Shown piece after piece: positions 27,542 to 37,421 of a stretch of 64,000 nt of DNA. The notes under the pieces are model-generated. The model saw only the letters and a list, made by a program, of their open reading frames with translations. It ran no database searches and was not told the origin of the DNA. Source of the stretch: a virus; IMG/VR virus record IMGVR_UViG_3300032323_003671, positions 1-64,000 of that record. One strand, given 5' to 3'. How positions within the stretch are numbered: the stretch's first letter is position 1; each line of letters begins with the position of its first letter. The position numbers were made by a program, and so were the translations under genes.

Positions 27542-30073
27542 ATGGAATATAAATTGAAATTTGAAAATGGTCGCAGTTGTGAAATTTACTGTGAATCAGA
27601 TGGCAAACCTTTGCAAGATAAAATAAATGCTGCCGAAGAAAGATTTGGTAGTAAAGTAAAAACCATCAATGGCAAAGAAGTAACTGAACATGGTCTTGGT
27701 GGATTCTTAGTTGGTGCGATTATCGGTGGTTTAGCTGGTAATTCTGTATCCAAACAAGGCGTTAAAAAGACTATTAAATCAGTAGGTACAGAAGCCAAAA
27801 AAGTTGTCAAGAAAACAACAACAATTGCAAAAAAAGCAGTTGATGCAGTAAAAAAAAAAGAAGCACCAAAAAGTAAAAAATCAAACTACGTTCCAAATAG
27901 ACTAATTGATTCAATAGAAACAAAGTCAGGAAAAAAGATTGATAATAAGGATATTATCGATGGCGCACATACTAAAAAGAAAATTTTAGTTTCTAAAAAA
28001 AGAGTTGCATCAACTCCAAAAGATATCGATAAAGAAAAAGCACTTAAACTTCAAAGTGATTATCTATCTGCTAGAGAAATTAAAGTAGTAAACACTACCT
28101 ATGGTCGTAAAATCAAAGGATCTGAAATCATTGATGGTGCATACGTCAAAAAAGGTGTTTTTGCCGATGGTGGTTCAATAGAAGGGTTCAATTGGAAATC
28201 ATTTACCATATCTGAGCTTATTGAAGTTCTACCAGAAGATGTTCAATTTCTTTATTTCCAAAGACCTGATAAAAAAGAGTACATTAATTATTCAGATGTA
28301 TTGAAAGATAAATCATTATTGAATACTACATGGACTATTTCAGATTCTGGAGACATGAGTTTATCAAAAGGTTCTGAAAACTTGTACTTGGACATTGTAG
28401 TTTATGATCAGGCTACACGATCAGAGCAAGAAAATAAAATATCAATTTACACAAAAGATAATCATTCAGGATTGAAGAAGTTTGCATCTTCTTTAATTGA
28501 GAAATTCAAATCAGGCGGTAAAACAAAAGATAAATATGAAGGAGATATTGTAGAAATACGTCCTGCTTCTAAAAAATCAAACAAATTCATTATTTGGTCA
28601 GTTAAAAATGATATGATTTGGGCTAATGAAAAATTTGATTCAGTTTCTGAAGCCAAAGAATTTATTGAGCAAAACAAATTAGTTCTAAAAGACTCTTCAA
28701 TCTTTGAAGGCGGAGGCAAAACCGACTATCGCTATGAATACATGTTATTAGATCGTTTACGTCAAGACAATGATTACTTCCTAGGTTTCGGTGCTAGAAA
28801 TCCAAATAGATTGTGGGCAGGTAATGTAGACGAACAAATAGCCGAAATGAAAAAATTGTATAATAGTCTGCCTGAAAAGCCTGAATGGATTACCATGGAG
28901 GATATCGAAGAATATGAACGCAAAATGAAAACCGAAGAAATGGCTAAAGGTGGTGTGATTGGCGACAGTGGTACAATTACTGACACCAAAAGCATGTATC
29001 AAGGAAAGATGGGATTCATTGAGATGGACATGGGCAACGAATGGATTGTTAAAGTTCTGGATAATGGTAAAGAAAAAAGCGTAACAGTTCGTAAATCTGG
29101 ATTTAAAATACTTGAAGACGAAGAGTTTGGTGATGGTGGCAAAACTTCTAAAGAATATAAAATCTTTGAAGGATTTGATCATCTAAAAAAGAAAAATGTC
29201 TATCGAGTTATTGGTGTAGAAAACGATTATGTTGGTGAATGGCATAATACTCGTGAAGAAGCTCAATCTGAGATTGATTCAATGAGTCAAAAATTTGCAT
29301 CAGGTGGGATTGTAGGCAAGGACGTTACATTTAACCACTGGTCTGGTGATATTCGAAAAGGTATCATTACAGAGCAACTTGAAGATGGCCAATATGCAGT
29401 AAGTTCTGGTTATGGTTCAGTTTTAGTTAGTCCTGATGATATAATCTCAACAAGTGAAAGAGTTCCGCAAAAGAAATTCTTAGGAATTTTTGAAAAAGGC
29501 GGTATCGCAAATGATAAAAAAAAGTATGCTAAAGGTGGCAGCATAACATTTTCAGAAGATGATCAAGAAGGATTTGATTATTGGATTGAAGATGGTAATG
29601 CAAGAAAAAATGCAGATGGTACTTATTCCACACAAGATGCTCAATATCGAAATAAATTAACTTTAGATGAGTTAAAAAGATATTTTGTTAAAGAGTATTT
29701 GCCTGATAGCGATTATTTGAATCCAAGAGTTGAATCAAATCTTTTGACTGATGAAGAAAATGATACCTTAAATGAAGAATTAGAATCATTTGAAGACCTA
29801 ATTGATTACAAGGATATAAATACCTTCAGTTCGGGAGGGAATATGAATCACACTATGATTTTGTTAGATAATGGTCATATTTTGACTATTAATTGGGATT
29901 CAAAAGATGTTCAGTATTCTTTAGAAACATATCCTTCTATTGAGCAATATGCTTTTTCAGAAGATGGAGAATCAGGTTGGGATAATGAGTACTACACAGA
30001 AAACTCTGAATCTAGAATGAGTAACTTAAATGATGAAAGTTTATATTCATTTCTTTACAGATTGGTTGATTAA
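27542..30073 (+). CDS. modular polyvalent protein with LPD11-like and SH3-like modules
   Basis: YMLLDRLRQDNDYFLG.G.R...LWAG.V.EQI..MK.L.....EKPEWITME; about nine [FYM]xxGG spacers. Confidence 0.75.
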   Translation: MEYKLKFENGRSCEIYCESDGKPLQDKINAAEERFGSKVKTINGKEVTEHGLGGFLVGAIIGGLAGNSVSKQGVKKTIKSVGTEAKKVVKKTTTIAKKAVDAVKKKEAPKSKKSNYVPNRLIDSIETKSGKKIDNKDIIDGAHTKKKILVSKKRVASTPKDIDKEKALKLQSDYLSAREIKVVNTTYGRKIKGSEIIDGAYVKKGVFADGGSIEGFNWKSFTISELIEVLPEDVQFLYFQRPDKKEYINYSDVLKDKSLLNTTWTISDSGDMSLSKGSENLYLDIVVYDQATRSEQENKISIYTKDNHSGLKKFASSLIEKFKSGGKTKDKYEGDIVEIRPASKKSNKFIIWSVKNDMIWANEKFDSVSEAKEFIEQNKLVLKDSSIFEGGGKTDYRYEYMLLDRLRQDNDYFLGFGARNPNRLWAGNVDEQIAEMKKLYNSLPEKPEWITMEDIEEYERKMKTEEMAKGGVIGDSGTITDTKSMYQGKMGFIEMDMGNEWIVKVLDNGKEKSVTVRKSGFKILEDEEFGDGGKTSKEYKIFEGFDHLKKKNVYRVIGVENDYVGEWHNTREEAQSEIDSMSQKFASGGIVGKDVTFNHWSGDIRKGIITEQLEDGQYAVSSGYGSVLVSPDDIISTSERVPQKKFLGIFEKGGIANDKKKYAKGGSITFSEDDQEGFDYWIEDGNARKNADGTYSTQDAQYRNKLTLDELKRYFVKEYLPDSDYLNPRVESNLLTDEENDTLNEELESFEDLIDYKDINTFSSGGNMNHTMILLDNGHILTINWDSKDVQYSLETYPSIEQYAFSEDGESGWDNEYYTENSESRMSNLNDESLYSFLYRLVD

Positions 30074-30082
30074 AAGCAAATT

Positions 30083-30847
30083 ATGAAAAAAGAAACTATT
30101 GTAAGAAACACAATGCGTGAATTCAAGGAAGGGAAATTGCGTTCATCAAGTGGAGAAAAAGTTACTAGTCGCAAACAGGCGATTGCTATTGCTTTAAGTA
30201 AATCAGGTCAGTCCAAATTTGCTGCAGGTGGTATGGTAGGTCAAAACTTAGTTTTTGATCGTTGGGATGAAAAGTTAGAAGGCCGAATTATTGAAATAAC
30301 TGATTCAGGTGATTATATCGTTTCTTCTGGATCGAGAACTATTCTTGTTAGTCCTGATGATATCATTTCTTATGGAGACATGAAGCCTAAAAAAAGATTT
30401 TCTTTTTTCAAGGATGGTGGCACTACAAGTTCAGAGACGATTCTTTGGGCGGTAAAAGTAGGAGAACCTGATTGGAAAGAAGTTCTGATTACAAATAATC
30501 CAGATAAAATTGATGAAGCTCGAAAATGGGCTTCAGAAAATGGATTTGATAGATTTAGAGTTGCTTCTGTGGATATGTCAAGTCGTCCAGACTTTACCAA
30601 AACTTTTAAAGATGGAGGTGATGTAATGAAATACGATTGGGCTTCAATGTGGAAAAAACCATCTAAGTCTAGTAGAGTTATGATTGGTGATGTTGTTTTT
30701 CAAAAACATTCAGACCAACCTTACAAAATCATTGAATTACTTGATGATCAATACACAGTTGCGAAAATCGTTAATAATGAAGAAACCGAATGGAAAACCT
30801 TCAATAAGGATTTTTATGAGCATCGTATGTTTGAAAAACGTAATTAA
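30083..30847 (+). CDS. modular protein with N-terminal DUF6496-like domain
   Basis: MREFKEGKLRSSSGEKVTSRKQAIAIALS; FAAGG/FKDGG/FKDGG spacers; one module shared with 27542. Confidence 0.75.
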   Translation: MKKETIVRNTMREFKEGKLRSSSGEKVTSRKQAIAIALSKSGQSKFAAGGMVGQNLVFDRWDEKLEGRIIEITDSGDYIVSSGSRTILVSPDDIISYGDMKPKKRFSFFKDGGTTSSETILWAVKVGEPDWKEVLITNNPDKIDEARKWASENGFDRFRVASVDMSSRPDFTKTFKDGGDVMKYDWASMWKKPSKSSRVMIGDVVFQKHSDQPYKIIELLDDQYTVAKIVNNEETEWKTFNKDFYEHRMFEKRN

Positions 30848-30857
30848 TATTTAGGCT

Positions 30858-31565
30858 ATGCTATTTTCAAGAAGCAATTTAAAAACTTTCTTTGATTCGG
30901 TATTAACTGGTGAAAGCAAGACTTATGATGATCACAATTGGTACACTTCTTCAGGATTAAGATCATATATTAGAGGAGTCAATCAGAATCGCAACTCTGC
31001 ATTAAGTAAGGATTTATCTGATACCACTATTGCCGATGTCATGAAATTCCAAAAGAACCAACGTTCTAGCACTTCTGGCCAACTTTGGGCTACTGGAAGG
31101 TATCAGATTATTCCGACAACCTTAAAAGGCCTTGTGGATAACTATAAAATAAATCCAAATCAAAAGTATAGTGAAGCGGTTCAGGATGAACTTGGCGAAA
31201 AACTTTTACTTGGCAGAAGTAATCTTAGGAAGTACTTAAAGAAAGAAGTTCCTGATACCAAAGAAAATCGTGAGAAAGCAGCATTGGATATGGCAAAAAT
31301 ATGGAGTTCTATCGGAGTTCCATACGATATGCAAGGTTCAAGAAAAGCTATTAAGAAAAACCAAAGTTATTATTCTGGAGGTGGTGATACTGCATCTGTA
31401 AAAACCGAAACAGTTCAAGCAGCATTGCAAAAATTACGAAACTCAGATAATACAACACAAGAAAGTCCAAAACCAAATAATAATGGTAAAATTTTGGATA
31501 GTGTTTTCATTGCATTGTTTGTCATTGGATCTTACATTTTCTACAAAAAAATGACATCTATTTAA
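30858..31565 (+). CDS. lysozyme-like muramidase with C-terminal TM
   Basis: GES...ATGRYQIIPTTL...QD...WSS, lambda/GH104-like pattern. Confidence 0.75.
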   Translation: MLFSRSNLKTFFDSVLTGESKTYDDHNWYTSSGLRSYIRGVNQNRNSALSKDLSDTTIADVMKFQKNQRSSTSGQLWATGRYQIIPTTLKGLVDNYKINPNQKYSEAVQDELGEKLLLGRSNLRKYLKKEVPDTKENREKAALDMAKIWSSIGVPYDMQGSRKAIKKNQSYYSGGGDTASVKTETVQAALQKLRNSDNTTQESPKPNNNGKILDSVFIALFVIGSYIFYKKMTSI

Positions 31566-31623
31566 ACTCTATTGTGTAGTTTGAATCATAGATATTGATT
31601 ATATTTGAACAAAATAAATTTGT

Positions 31624-32196
31624 ATGAAATTAGGTATTGAAAAATTAATCGAGGAGCAAAAACTTGATTTGGAAAATTTACCAGCTGATATTCAAAAGCT
31701 GATTACCGATATTAAAAAATCGAAAAGTTCTATTGAATATAGAATTTCAATTGGTCAAAATATCAATCCAAAAACGATTGAAAGTCTCAAAGAAAGAGAC
31801 CAGGAATTGATTGAAAAACTATATGATCATTTAGATATTTCCTCAGACGATGATTCGCAAGAAGAAGAGGAGGAAGAAGATGATGATGATTCAACCGAAG
31901 GTGGCGAGGAAGAAGATGATGATTCACAAGAAGATGAAGAAGACGAAAACCAAGAAGAAAACATGGTAGATTTAAGTAAATACGATGCAAACAAAATAGA
32001 TTCAGAGTTATCTAGTCTGATTGATCAAGGAATCACAGAAATTAACTTTATGGACATTCGTTCTGCATGTCCGCATGCTTATGAACTTTTGTTTGAAGCG
32101 TATGAAGCCAACAAAGAAAACGGAGTTCGTACAACCTTCTATGAAATGATAGAAACGCAACCAAATTCAGAAACATTTAAAATCACAAAATTATGA
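31624..32196 (+). CDS. acidic hypothetical protein
   Basis: Long D/E tract; TATATTTG promoter at 31600-31607. Confidence 0.75.
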   Translation: MKLGIEKLIEEQKLDLENLPADIQKLITDIKKSKSSIEYRISIGQNINPKTIESLKERDQELIEKLYDHLDISSDDDSQEEEEEEDDDDSTEGGEEEDDDSQEDEEDENQEENMVDLSKYDANKIDSELSSLIDQGITEINFMDIRSACPHAYELLFEAYEANKENGVRTTFYEMIETQPNSETFKITKL

Positions 32197-32384
32197 TTGC
32201 AACTTTAAGTTCAAGCATGCCTGCAGCACCAACTTCAACAACAGGAGGCGGTGGCGATAAAACACTTTTAATTGCGGGTATAATCCTTGGTAGCTTTTTA
32301 TTGTATAAATTTGTTATCAAGCCAGAAATGGATAGACAAAAAGCATTAAAATATGAAAATAGCAATGGTGGGGGGCTTGAATAA
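32193..32384 (+). CDS. small membrane protein
   Basis: TLLIAGIILGSFLLYKF. Confidence 0.7.
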   Translation: MIATLSSSMPAAPTSTTGGGGDKTLLIAGIILGSFLLYKFVIKPEMDRQKALKYENSNGGGLE

Positions 32385-32565
32385 AGCTCAAACAATAGGA
32401 TTAATCACAGCAGTAGGTGTATCTTTGGCAGGTATTATTGCGGTAATTGAGTATGTGAATTCAAGAAAACACAGAGAATTACAACGTAAGAATGCTGAAT
32501 TGGAAAATCAAATTAAGCAGTTACAACTTTTGAAGTTGTCAAGCGATTTATCTGGGGAAGTATAA
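32353..32565 (+). CDS. small membrane protein with coiled coil
   Basis: TM segment followed by RELQRKNAELENQIKQL; start uncertain. Confidence 0.65.
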   Translation: MKIAMVGGLNKAQTIGLITAVGVSLAGIIAVIEYVNSRKHRELQRKNAELENQIKQLQLLKLSSDLSGEV

Positions 32566-32831
32566 TCCAAAGCTAAATCCAATAGATAAGCTGTAGTGTA
32601 CCAACGATCACTTTTCTTATTTGAAACTATATAAAATTGGGCGATTAATTTATCACCTATTTTGTAGTTTTTAAATATGTTTTTGAAATATTGAGTTTTT
32701 GTTGATAGGCAAACATTTCTTTCATTTGTCAATCCAACTTTCAAAACTATATTACAAAAGTCTTCGGCCTGATTAATTTCTATCAGTTCACCTTTTACCT
32801 TATTGAAATGTACTTGGTCGTTTTTTATCAT
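32508..32831 (-). CDS. DUF3127-like OB-fold protein
   Basis: VKGELIEI...KIGDKL...F.I.S....RWYT. Confidence 0.5.
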   Translation of the reverse strand: MIKNDQVHFNKVKGELIEINQAEDFCNIVLKVGLTNERNVCLSTKTQYFKNIFKNYKIGDKLIAQFYIVSNKKSDRWYTTAYLLDLALDYTSPDKSLDNFKSCNCLI

Positions 32832-32913
32832 ATCTGGAGATAAAGATAATCATTTCAATCATAATTAGTATATTTGTTCAAAACAGCACAATTAAAATAT
32901 AGAGAAGTGAACA

Positions 32914-33345
32914 ATGGAGAATGAAATTCATAAATCAGTATCTTCATTATTGAAAAACATTTCAGATGGCCTTTCAATGATGTCAATAGACGAATTAAGC
33001 AAAGCTATTTCTGATCTTGTTATCAAGAAAAAGTCAAATGTTGGGGATTTAGATAAATTGTATAACATAGTATGTGTTGAGTATGATGTATCTAAAAAAT
33101 CCTTAAACGAAAAATACTCTAGGGGTAATATTTACTTCGCTAAGATTACTCTTTGGACGATTATGAATAAACACCTGGGCATTTCAAAAAGAAAGATTGC
33201 ATCGATGTTTGAAACTTATCCTAATGCAGTCAATGTAGCGATTTCGTATTTCGAAAAATTGAATCCCCAAAAATTCAAAGCGGATGATAAGTTTCTTTCA
33301 AAATATCAGGTGTGCTTAAACGAATTTTATCAACAAATTAACTAA
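32914..33345 (+). CDS. second DnaA domain IV-like HTH protein
   Basis: IVCVEYDVS...SRG....AK......HLG.S...IA..F; TATATTTG promoter at 32869-32876. Confidence 0.55.
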   Translation: MENEIHKSVSSLLKNISDGLSMMSIDELSKAISDLVIKKKSNVGDLDKLYNIVCVEYDVSKKSLNEKYSRGNIYFAKITLWTIMNKHLGISKRKIASMFETYPNAVNVAISYFEKLNPQKFKADDKFLSKYQVCLNEFYQQIN

Positions 33346-33347
33346 GG

Positions 33348-34514
33348 ATGGCAAATAAGTATTACAAGAAAAGAGGCAATTTAAATTGGAAAGAGCGTAA
33401 ATTAATTGGCGATATTGAAGAGGCAATTGAAAAGAATCCAAATCTAGCCGATATTGAACCAGCAACGACTTTTGATGAATTGGAAAAATTGCATGTGAAG
33501 GTTACAGCACCTGATGCAAATTTTGAAGAAGTGAAACCTGATACTGAGACTTTGCCAAAAGATTCAGGTGAGAAAAAGCCCCAGTCAAATCCTTTTATTG
33601 ATCCTTTGAATCGTGAAGAACCGAATGTTCGTGATTACGTTCTTGAAGATCAATTTGACCCTTTTGCCGACCATAATAGTGCAACAAAAAGTACAAGTAC
33701 TTTTTCTGAACCTACTGATTATGATTCTGCCTTTGGTATTCCAGATGAAGAAGAACTTCGTAAGCAAGCCAAAGAATCGCAACAACGTCCAGGACAAGCG
33801 CAAACACAACAACGTCCACAACCAAGTAATAATCCCCAACCTTCGCAGGATTCAGCTCGTGATACTCGAAAGTCAAAACGATTTGCAAAGACAGTAGTAA
33901 ATACTGTTTGTAATTTGTTTGAAGTTGGTTTTGTTTGGTATGCCACAAAAGATATTTCAGAACAGCGATTGACTGAATATGAAATGTCAGGTGAAATGGA
34001 CTTATCGGTATTGGTTGAATTACCTGATGGTAGTGAAGCTACGGTAAAACAATTCTTTTTAAATCAATTAGGTGATATTCAAGCAGCATCAAAAATTGAT
34101 AAAGAAAAGCGTGATATGCTTGTTGATTCCTTGACTGAGTTATTCATTGAGAAAAATATTCAGCCAAGTAATACGGTAAACTTTGCAATTGATGCAGTTA
34201 CTGTTGGTGCAGAGCAAATAATGAAATTGGTGATGATTAGTTCACAAAACAATGCTATCCTCAATCAACTACGTGAGAGAAATGCAATGATGAAAGAGCA
34301 AGGCATGCCTACTCCACCACCTGCGCCAACTCCACCGCCAGCACCTACGCCAACTCCTACTTCTACGCCAACACCTGCGCCAGAGCCAACTCAATTTGTT
34401 CAGACAATGCCATTGACAAATGAAGCAATGCCTATTGAATTTTCTGATCAAGCATTGAGCAATGAAATGTCTATGGACTTATCTTTGTTAGATTCAATTG
34501 AAACTTCAGAATAA
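33348..34514 (+). CDS. hypothetical protein with Pro/Thr linker (possible packaging accessory)
   Basis: Immediately upstream of the ATPase; PTPPPAPTP repeats. Confidence 0.7.
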   Translation: MANKYYKKRGNLNWKERKLIGDIEEAIEKNPNLADIEPATTFDELEKLHVKVTAPDANFEEVKPDTETLPKDSGEKKPQSNPFIDPLNREEPNVRDYVLEDQFDPFADHNSATKSTSTFSEPTDYDSAFGIPDEEELRKQAKESQQRPGQAQTQQRPQPSNNPQPSQDSARDTRKSKRFAKTVVNTVCNLFEVGFVWYATKDISEQRLTEYEMSGEMDLSVLVELPDGSEATVKQFFLNQLGDIQAASKIDKEKRDMLVDSLTELFIEKNIQPSNTVNFAIDAVTVGAEQIMKLVMISSQNNAILNQLRERNAMMKEQGMPTPPPAPTPPPAPTPTPTSTPTPAPEPTQFVQTMPLTNEAMPIEFSDQALSNEMSMDLSLLDSIETSE

Positions 34515-34516
34515 TT

Positions 34517-35356
34517 ATGTCAGATTCAAATCTTAGAGAAGCAGGTATGATGGCCATTACTGGTATTCAAGGTGTCGGAAAGACATACTTGAACCAGCAT
34601 ATTATTTACGACTATGTTCGTGATAAAGTGGCTATTAAAGTACGTGGTAGAAAGTGTCTTATTTTTGATACCAATGGTGAGTACACTAAAAGTCAATTTG
34701 AGAAAAATGGCATGCAAAACTTTGATGCCAAAATCATTGCCATAAAAGACGTTGGTCAATGGAGTAAGTCTCCAGGAATTGAATGCCGAAGAATTGATGC
34801 AAAAACTTTGCCGATCATGCAAAAGCGTGAGGCTATCGAGTATATCATGAGACATTTTAGAAATGGCATGTTAGTACTAGAGGATGTCAACACATATATT
34901 CTCAATGTAACACACATGGAGAAAATTGTATCAGGTCTTGTATCTCTTCGACATAGGGCAGTTGACATTTTGATTTCATATCAGTCTTTGCGTGTAGTAG
35001 AGCCTCGTATTTGGCAAAATAGCCGATGGGTGCGCATGCATTACCAAGCGGATAATGTAAATGATATCAAGGGTAAAGTAAATAACCCTACGATGTTTAA
35101 AATCGCTCAGTACGTTGTAAATAATCGTTATTTCGATGGTGATAAGCGTTTCTATGTTTACATTCACAATTTTGCCAATAAGATCGAAGGTGATTTTACT
35201 TTGGATGAATTCAAAAAAGCATGCGCTCAATATATCAATGCCAACAAGAAGTATTTGAAAGAATATAAAGAAATGAGTAATTGTTCAGATGCCGAAGCTA
35301 TTGAAGGATTAACAAACCAATATATTTCTCAGTATTATGGAAATGACAATCAATAA
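34517..35356 (+). CDS. A32/P9-like FtsK-HerA genome-packaging ATPase
   Basis: Walker A GIQGVGKT, IFDTNGEY, Walker B LVLED, arginine finger LRH, ISYQS...P.I.QN; 279 aa, no nuclease domain. Confidence 0.85.
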   Translation: MSDSNLREAGMMAITGIQGVGKTYLNQHIIYDYVRDKVAIKVRGRKCLIFDTNGEYTKSQFEKNGMQNFDAKIIAIKDVGQWSKSPGIECRRIDAKTLPIMQKREAIEYIMRHFRNGMLVLEDVNTYILNVTHMEKIVSGLVSLRHRAVDILISYQSLRVVEPRIWQNSRWVRMHYQADNVNDIKGKVNNPTMFKIAQYVVNNRYFDGDKRFYVYIHNFANKIEGDFTLDEFKKACAQYINANKKYLKEYKEMSNCSDAEAIEGLTNQYISQYYGNDNQ

Positions 35357-35567
35357 TTTCTTAGTTATCTGGTTATGTTTGAATGCTATTGCTATTCTAT
35401 TAGGCATGCTTCGAACTGACTTTTGGAAAATCCAAAAAGACACTGAATTGATTTTTAAAAATCATAGCTTTTTGTATAAAACATTTATCAGCATAACTTT
35501 ATTTATGCTTTTGCCTTTTACTATCGGAGAAACCTTAATTAATATCAAAAATCGCTTAAAAAAATAA
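35337..35567 (+). CDS. small two-TM membrane protein
   Basis: Two hydrophobic segments. Confidence 0.65.
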   Translation: MEMTINNFLVIWLCLNAIAILLGMLRTDFWKIQKDTELIFKNHSFLYKTFISITLFMLLPFTIGETLINIKNRLKK

Positions 35568-35569
35568 GT

Positions 35570-36049
35570 ATGAAACCAATGAAAATCGTAATGTCCAAAT
35601 TTCCTCACTTGTCAAACGTGAAGAATAATATCTCAACCATGCAACGTGAGATTGAACTTTTGAATAAAAGAAAACGTCTTTGGACAGCAGAACTTGCAAA
35701 CAAAACTCCATACGAACAAAATGAAATGGAGCTTTTGATTTTGAGAACCGATCGTGAATTGTCAAGATTATTCAAAGGATTGAGTGATCAAGAAATTCAC
35801 TTCAAAAACTACAAAGCAAATCTTGATGAAAATATCAAGAAACTGAATCTCAATTATGATGAGTTTGTTGATGAGTGCAAAAAATTAAAATCAACCAACG
35901 AAGAGGTTAAGAAAATTTTCGATGAGTTTACTCAATTTGATTTTAATGCAAACTGGGAGGCCAAGGTAATGTTCTATGCATCTTTGAAAAGGGCAACTGA
36001 ACCTAAGGTTAAGCAAGATTCTGAAAAAGTATTAAGCGTAATGCCTTAA
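35570..36049 (+). CDS. coiled-coil hypothetical protein
   Basis: 159-aa ORF. Confidence 0.7.
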   Translation: MKPMKIVMSKFPHLSNVKNNISTMQREIELLNKRKRLWTAELANKTPYEQNEMELLILRTDRELSRLFKGLSDQEIHFKNYKANLDENIKKLNLNYDEFVDECKKLKSTNEEVKKIFDEFTQFDFNANWEAKVMFYASLKRATEPKVKQDSEKVLSVMP

Positions 36050-36063
36050 ATCTTGAAAATCAG

Positions 36064-36990
36064 ATGAATTTAACGTCAGTATTAGTTGTACTGAATGAAA
36101 AATTTTATGCTCTCGATGTCCTAGAAGATAACATTAAAACAGCTGGAACTAAAATCCAGCTGTTAGTTTATAATCATGGATTGCTGGATCCTGAAATGAT
36201 TGAATCCATTAAGGCAATATCCTCGGAATACATTGAAGATTTCAGTCCAATTAAAAAAACATTTTCTGAATGTTGTAATGCTTTGCTTCGAATAGCATCA
36301 GGTAAATATATATGTGTCTTCTACGATTATGGATATTTGAATGATGATTGGTTAAGCATGCTCATTGCAAGCCATAAAAACATAGGTAAAAGTGGCGTAG
36401 TTGCCATTAACAATTTGCGATGTCATGATGTTTCTTTCGAAATGAATTCAGAATTTGAATTAGAACCAGTTTATAGAAATGAAGAAAACTTAGTTTCTGG
36501 AATCATACTATTCAACAAAGAAGTCTTAATTACTATTGGTGGATTCAAGCCTGATTTGAATTTACATTATTCAGCATTTGATTTTTGCGATAGATTATCA
36601 TTATCAGGATTCGTTAATTATTACGTACCTGGCACTTCAATAATAAAACATAGTGAATATGTTGATTCTTACGTTAGTGATACTTATCATTTCAAGAAAG
36701 CAAAAGTCCAAAACCAAAAACAATTATTTGTCAAGATTTATCATATTGAAGAGAATGATCAAAAATTCATAGATGATATTAATAAACACCTTGACATTCC
36801 TATTTACTATAGTGATAAATTTGGATCGGTAATATTTATTACAGATACGCTAAATCCCTTGCAGCTTCAAATTATCAATGTTTATTTAATTAAACACAAT
36901 AAACAGTTGGAGTTGAAAAGCATCAGCTATTTTGATGAATTTCTCCTTAAAAATTCTATTTTAGGTATTATAGTACCAAACAATATTTAG
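36064..36990 (+). CDS. GT2-like glycosyltransferase (possibly divergent)
   Basis: CNALLRIASGKYIC...WL..L...IGGF.......DFCDRL..G pattern; DxD appears degenerate. Confidence 0.65.
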   Translation: MNLTSVLVVLNEKFYALDVLEDNIKTAGTKIQLLVYNHGLLDPEMIESIKAISSEYIEDFSPIKKTFSECCNALLRIASGKYICVFYDYGYLNDDWLSMLIASHKNIGKSGVVAINNLRCHDVSFEMNSEFELEPVYRNEENLVSGIILFNKEVLITIGGFKPDLNLHYSAFDFCDRLSLSGFVNYYVPGTSIIKHSEYVDSYVSDTYHFKKAKVQNQKQLFVKIYHIEENDQKFIDDINKHLDIPIYYSDKFGSVIFITDTLNPLQLQIINVYLIKHNKQLELKSISYFDEFLLKNSILGIIVPNNI

Positions 36991-37006
36991 TATTTGTTCA
37001 TAATTG

Positions 37007-37048
37007 ATGCCTTGTATCCTTTACCAATAAGGGATACAGGGCATTTTT
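37007..37048 (+). terminator. intrinsic terminator
   Basis: ATGCCTTGTATCCTT...AAGGGATACAGGGCAT followed by a T run. Confidence 0.8.
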
Positions 37049-37049
37049 G

Positions 37050-37140
37050 CGTTATTTGAACAATAAGTTAACAAGTGTAGTACTTAATCATTTTCTAAAT
37101 TTGAATGATTAGTTCTTATTAATAACTTAAAAATCGAAAA
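37050..37140 (+). promoter_or_regulatory. late promoter module, copy 1
   Basis: TTTGAACAAT...TAAATTTG (37096-37103)...AAAATCGAAAAATG; resembles modules at 47160 and 53062. Confidence 0.65.
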
Positions 37141-37245
37141 ATGAAAAAACCAACTTTAAACGCAACAGACTTTGTAGTAATCTTAGGATTATTCATGGTA
37201 GGTTTGGCTGTTCACCAGAAAGTGGTAGCACCTCGCCTCAAATAA
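37141..37245 (+). CDS. 34-aa membrane peptide upstream of the capsid gene
   Basis: MKKPTLNATDFVVILGLFMVGLAVHQKVVAPRLK*, first ORF after the promoter. Confidence 0.7.
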   Translation: MKKPTLNATDFVVILGLFMVGLAVHQKVVAPRLK

Positions 37246-37421
37246 GTCTTTATCGCTTTAGACTTGTTCTGCTATCAGCTTTATGTTGAATGTGTAGAAT
37301 TCGAAAAAACAAAAGTGAAAAAGTCAGCGTATCGCTGGTTTGAAATTTTTTAGAGTTTTAGTAAAAACTTGACAATTAAACCAATTTAAAAACCTCCTTA
37401 ATAGGAAAAATACTTAAAAAA

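Noticed and set aside
34305-34392. Pro/Thr repeat as a regulatory or mobile repeat
   Set aside because: In-frame low-complexity linker within ORF 33348
34517-35356. Terminase large subunit or conjugative VirB4
   Set aside because: Too short, no nuclease domain, no T4SS genes nearby; RH and Q motifs fit the A32/P9 type
37391-37406. ACCTCCTTA (anti-Shine-Dalgarno-like) upstream of the capsid gene
   Set aside because: Single short match that can form a local hairpin with AGGA; chance cannot be excluded
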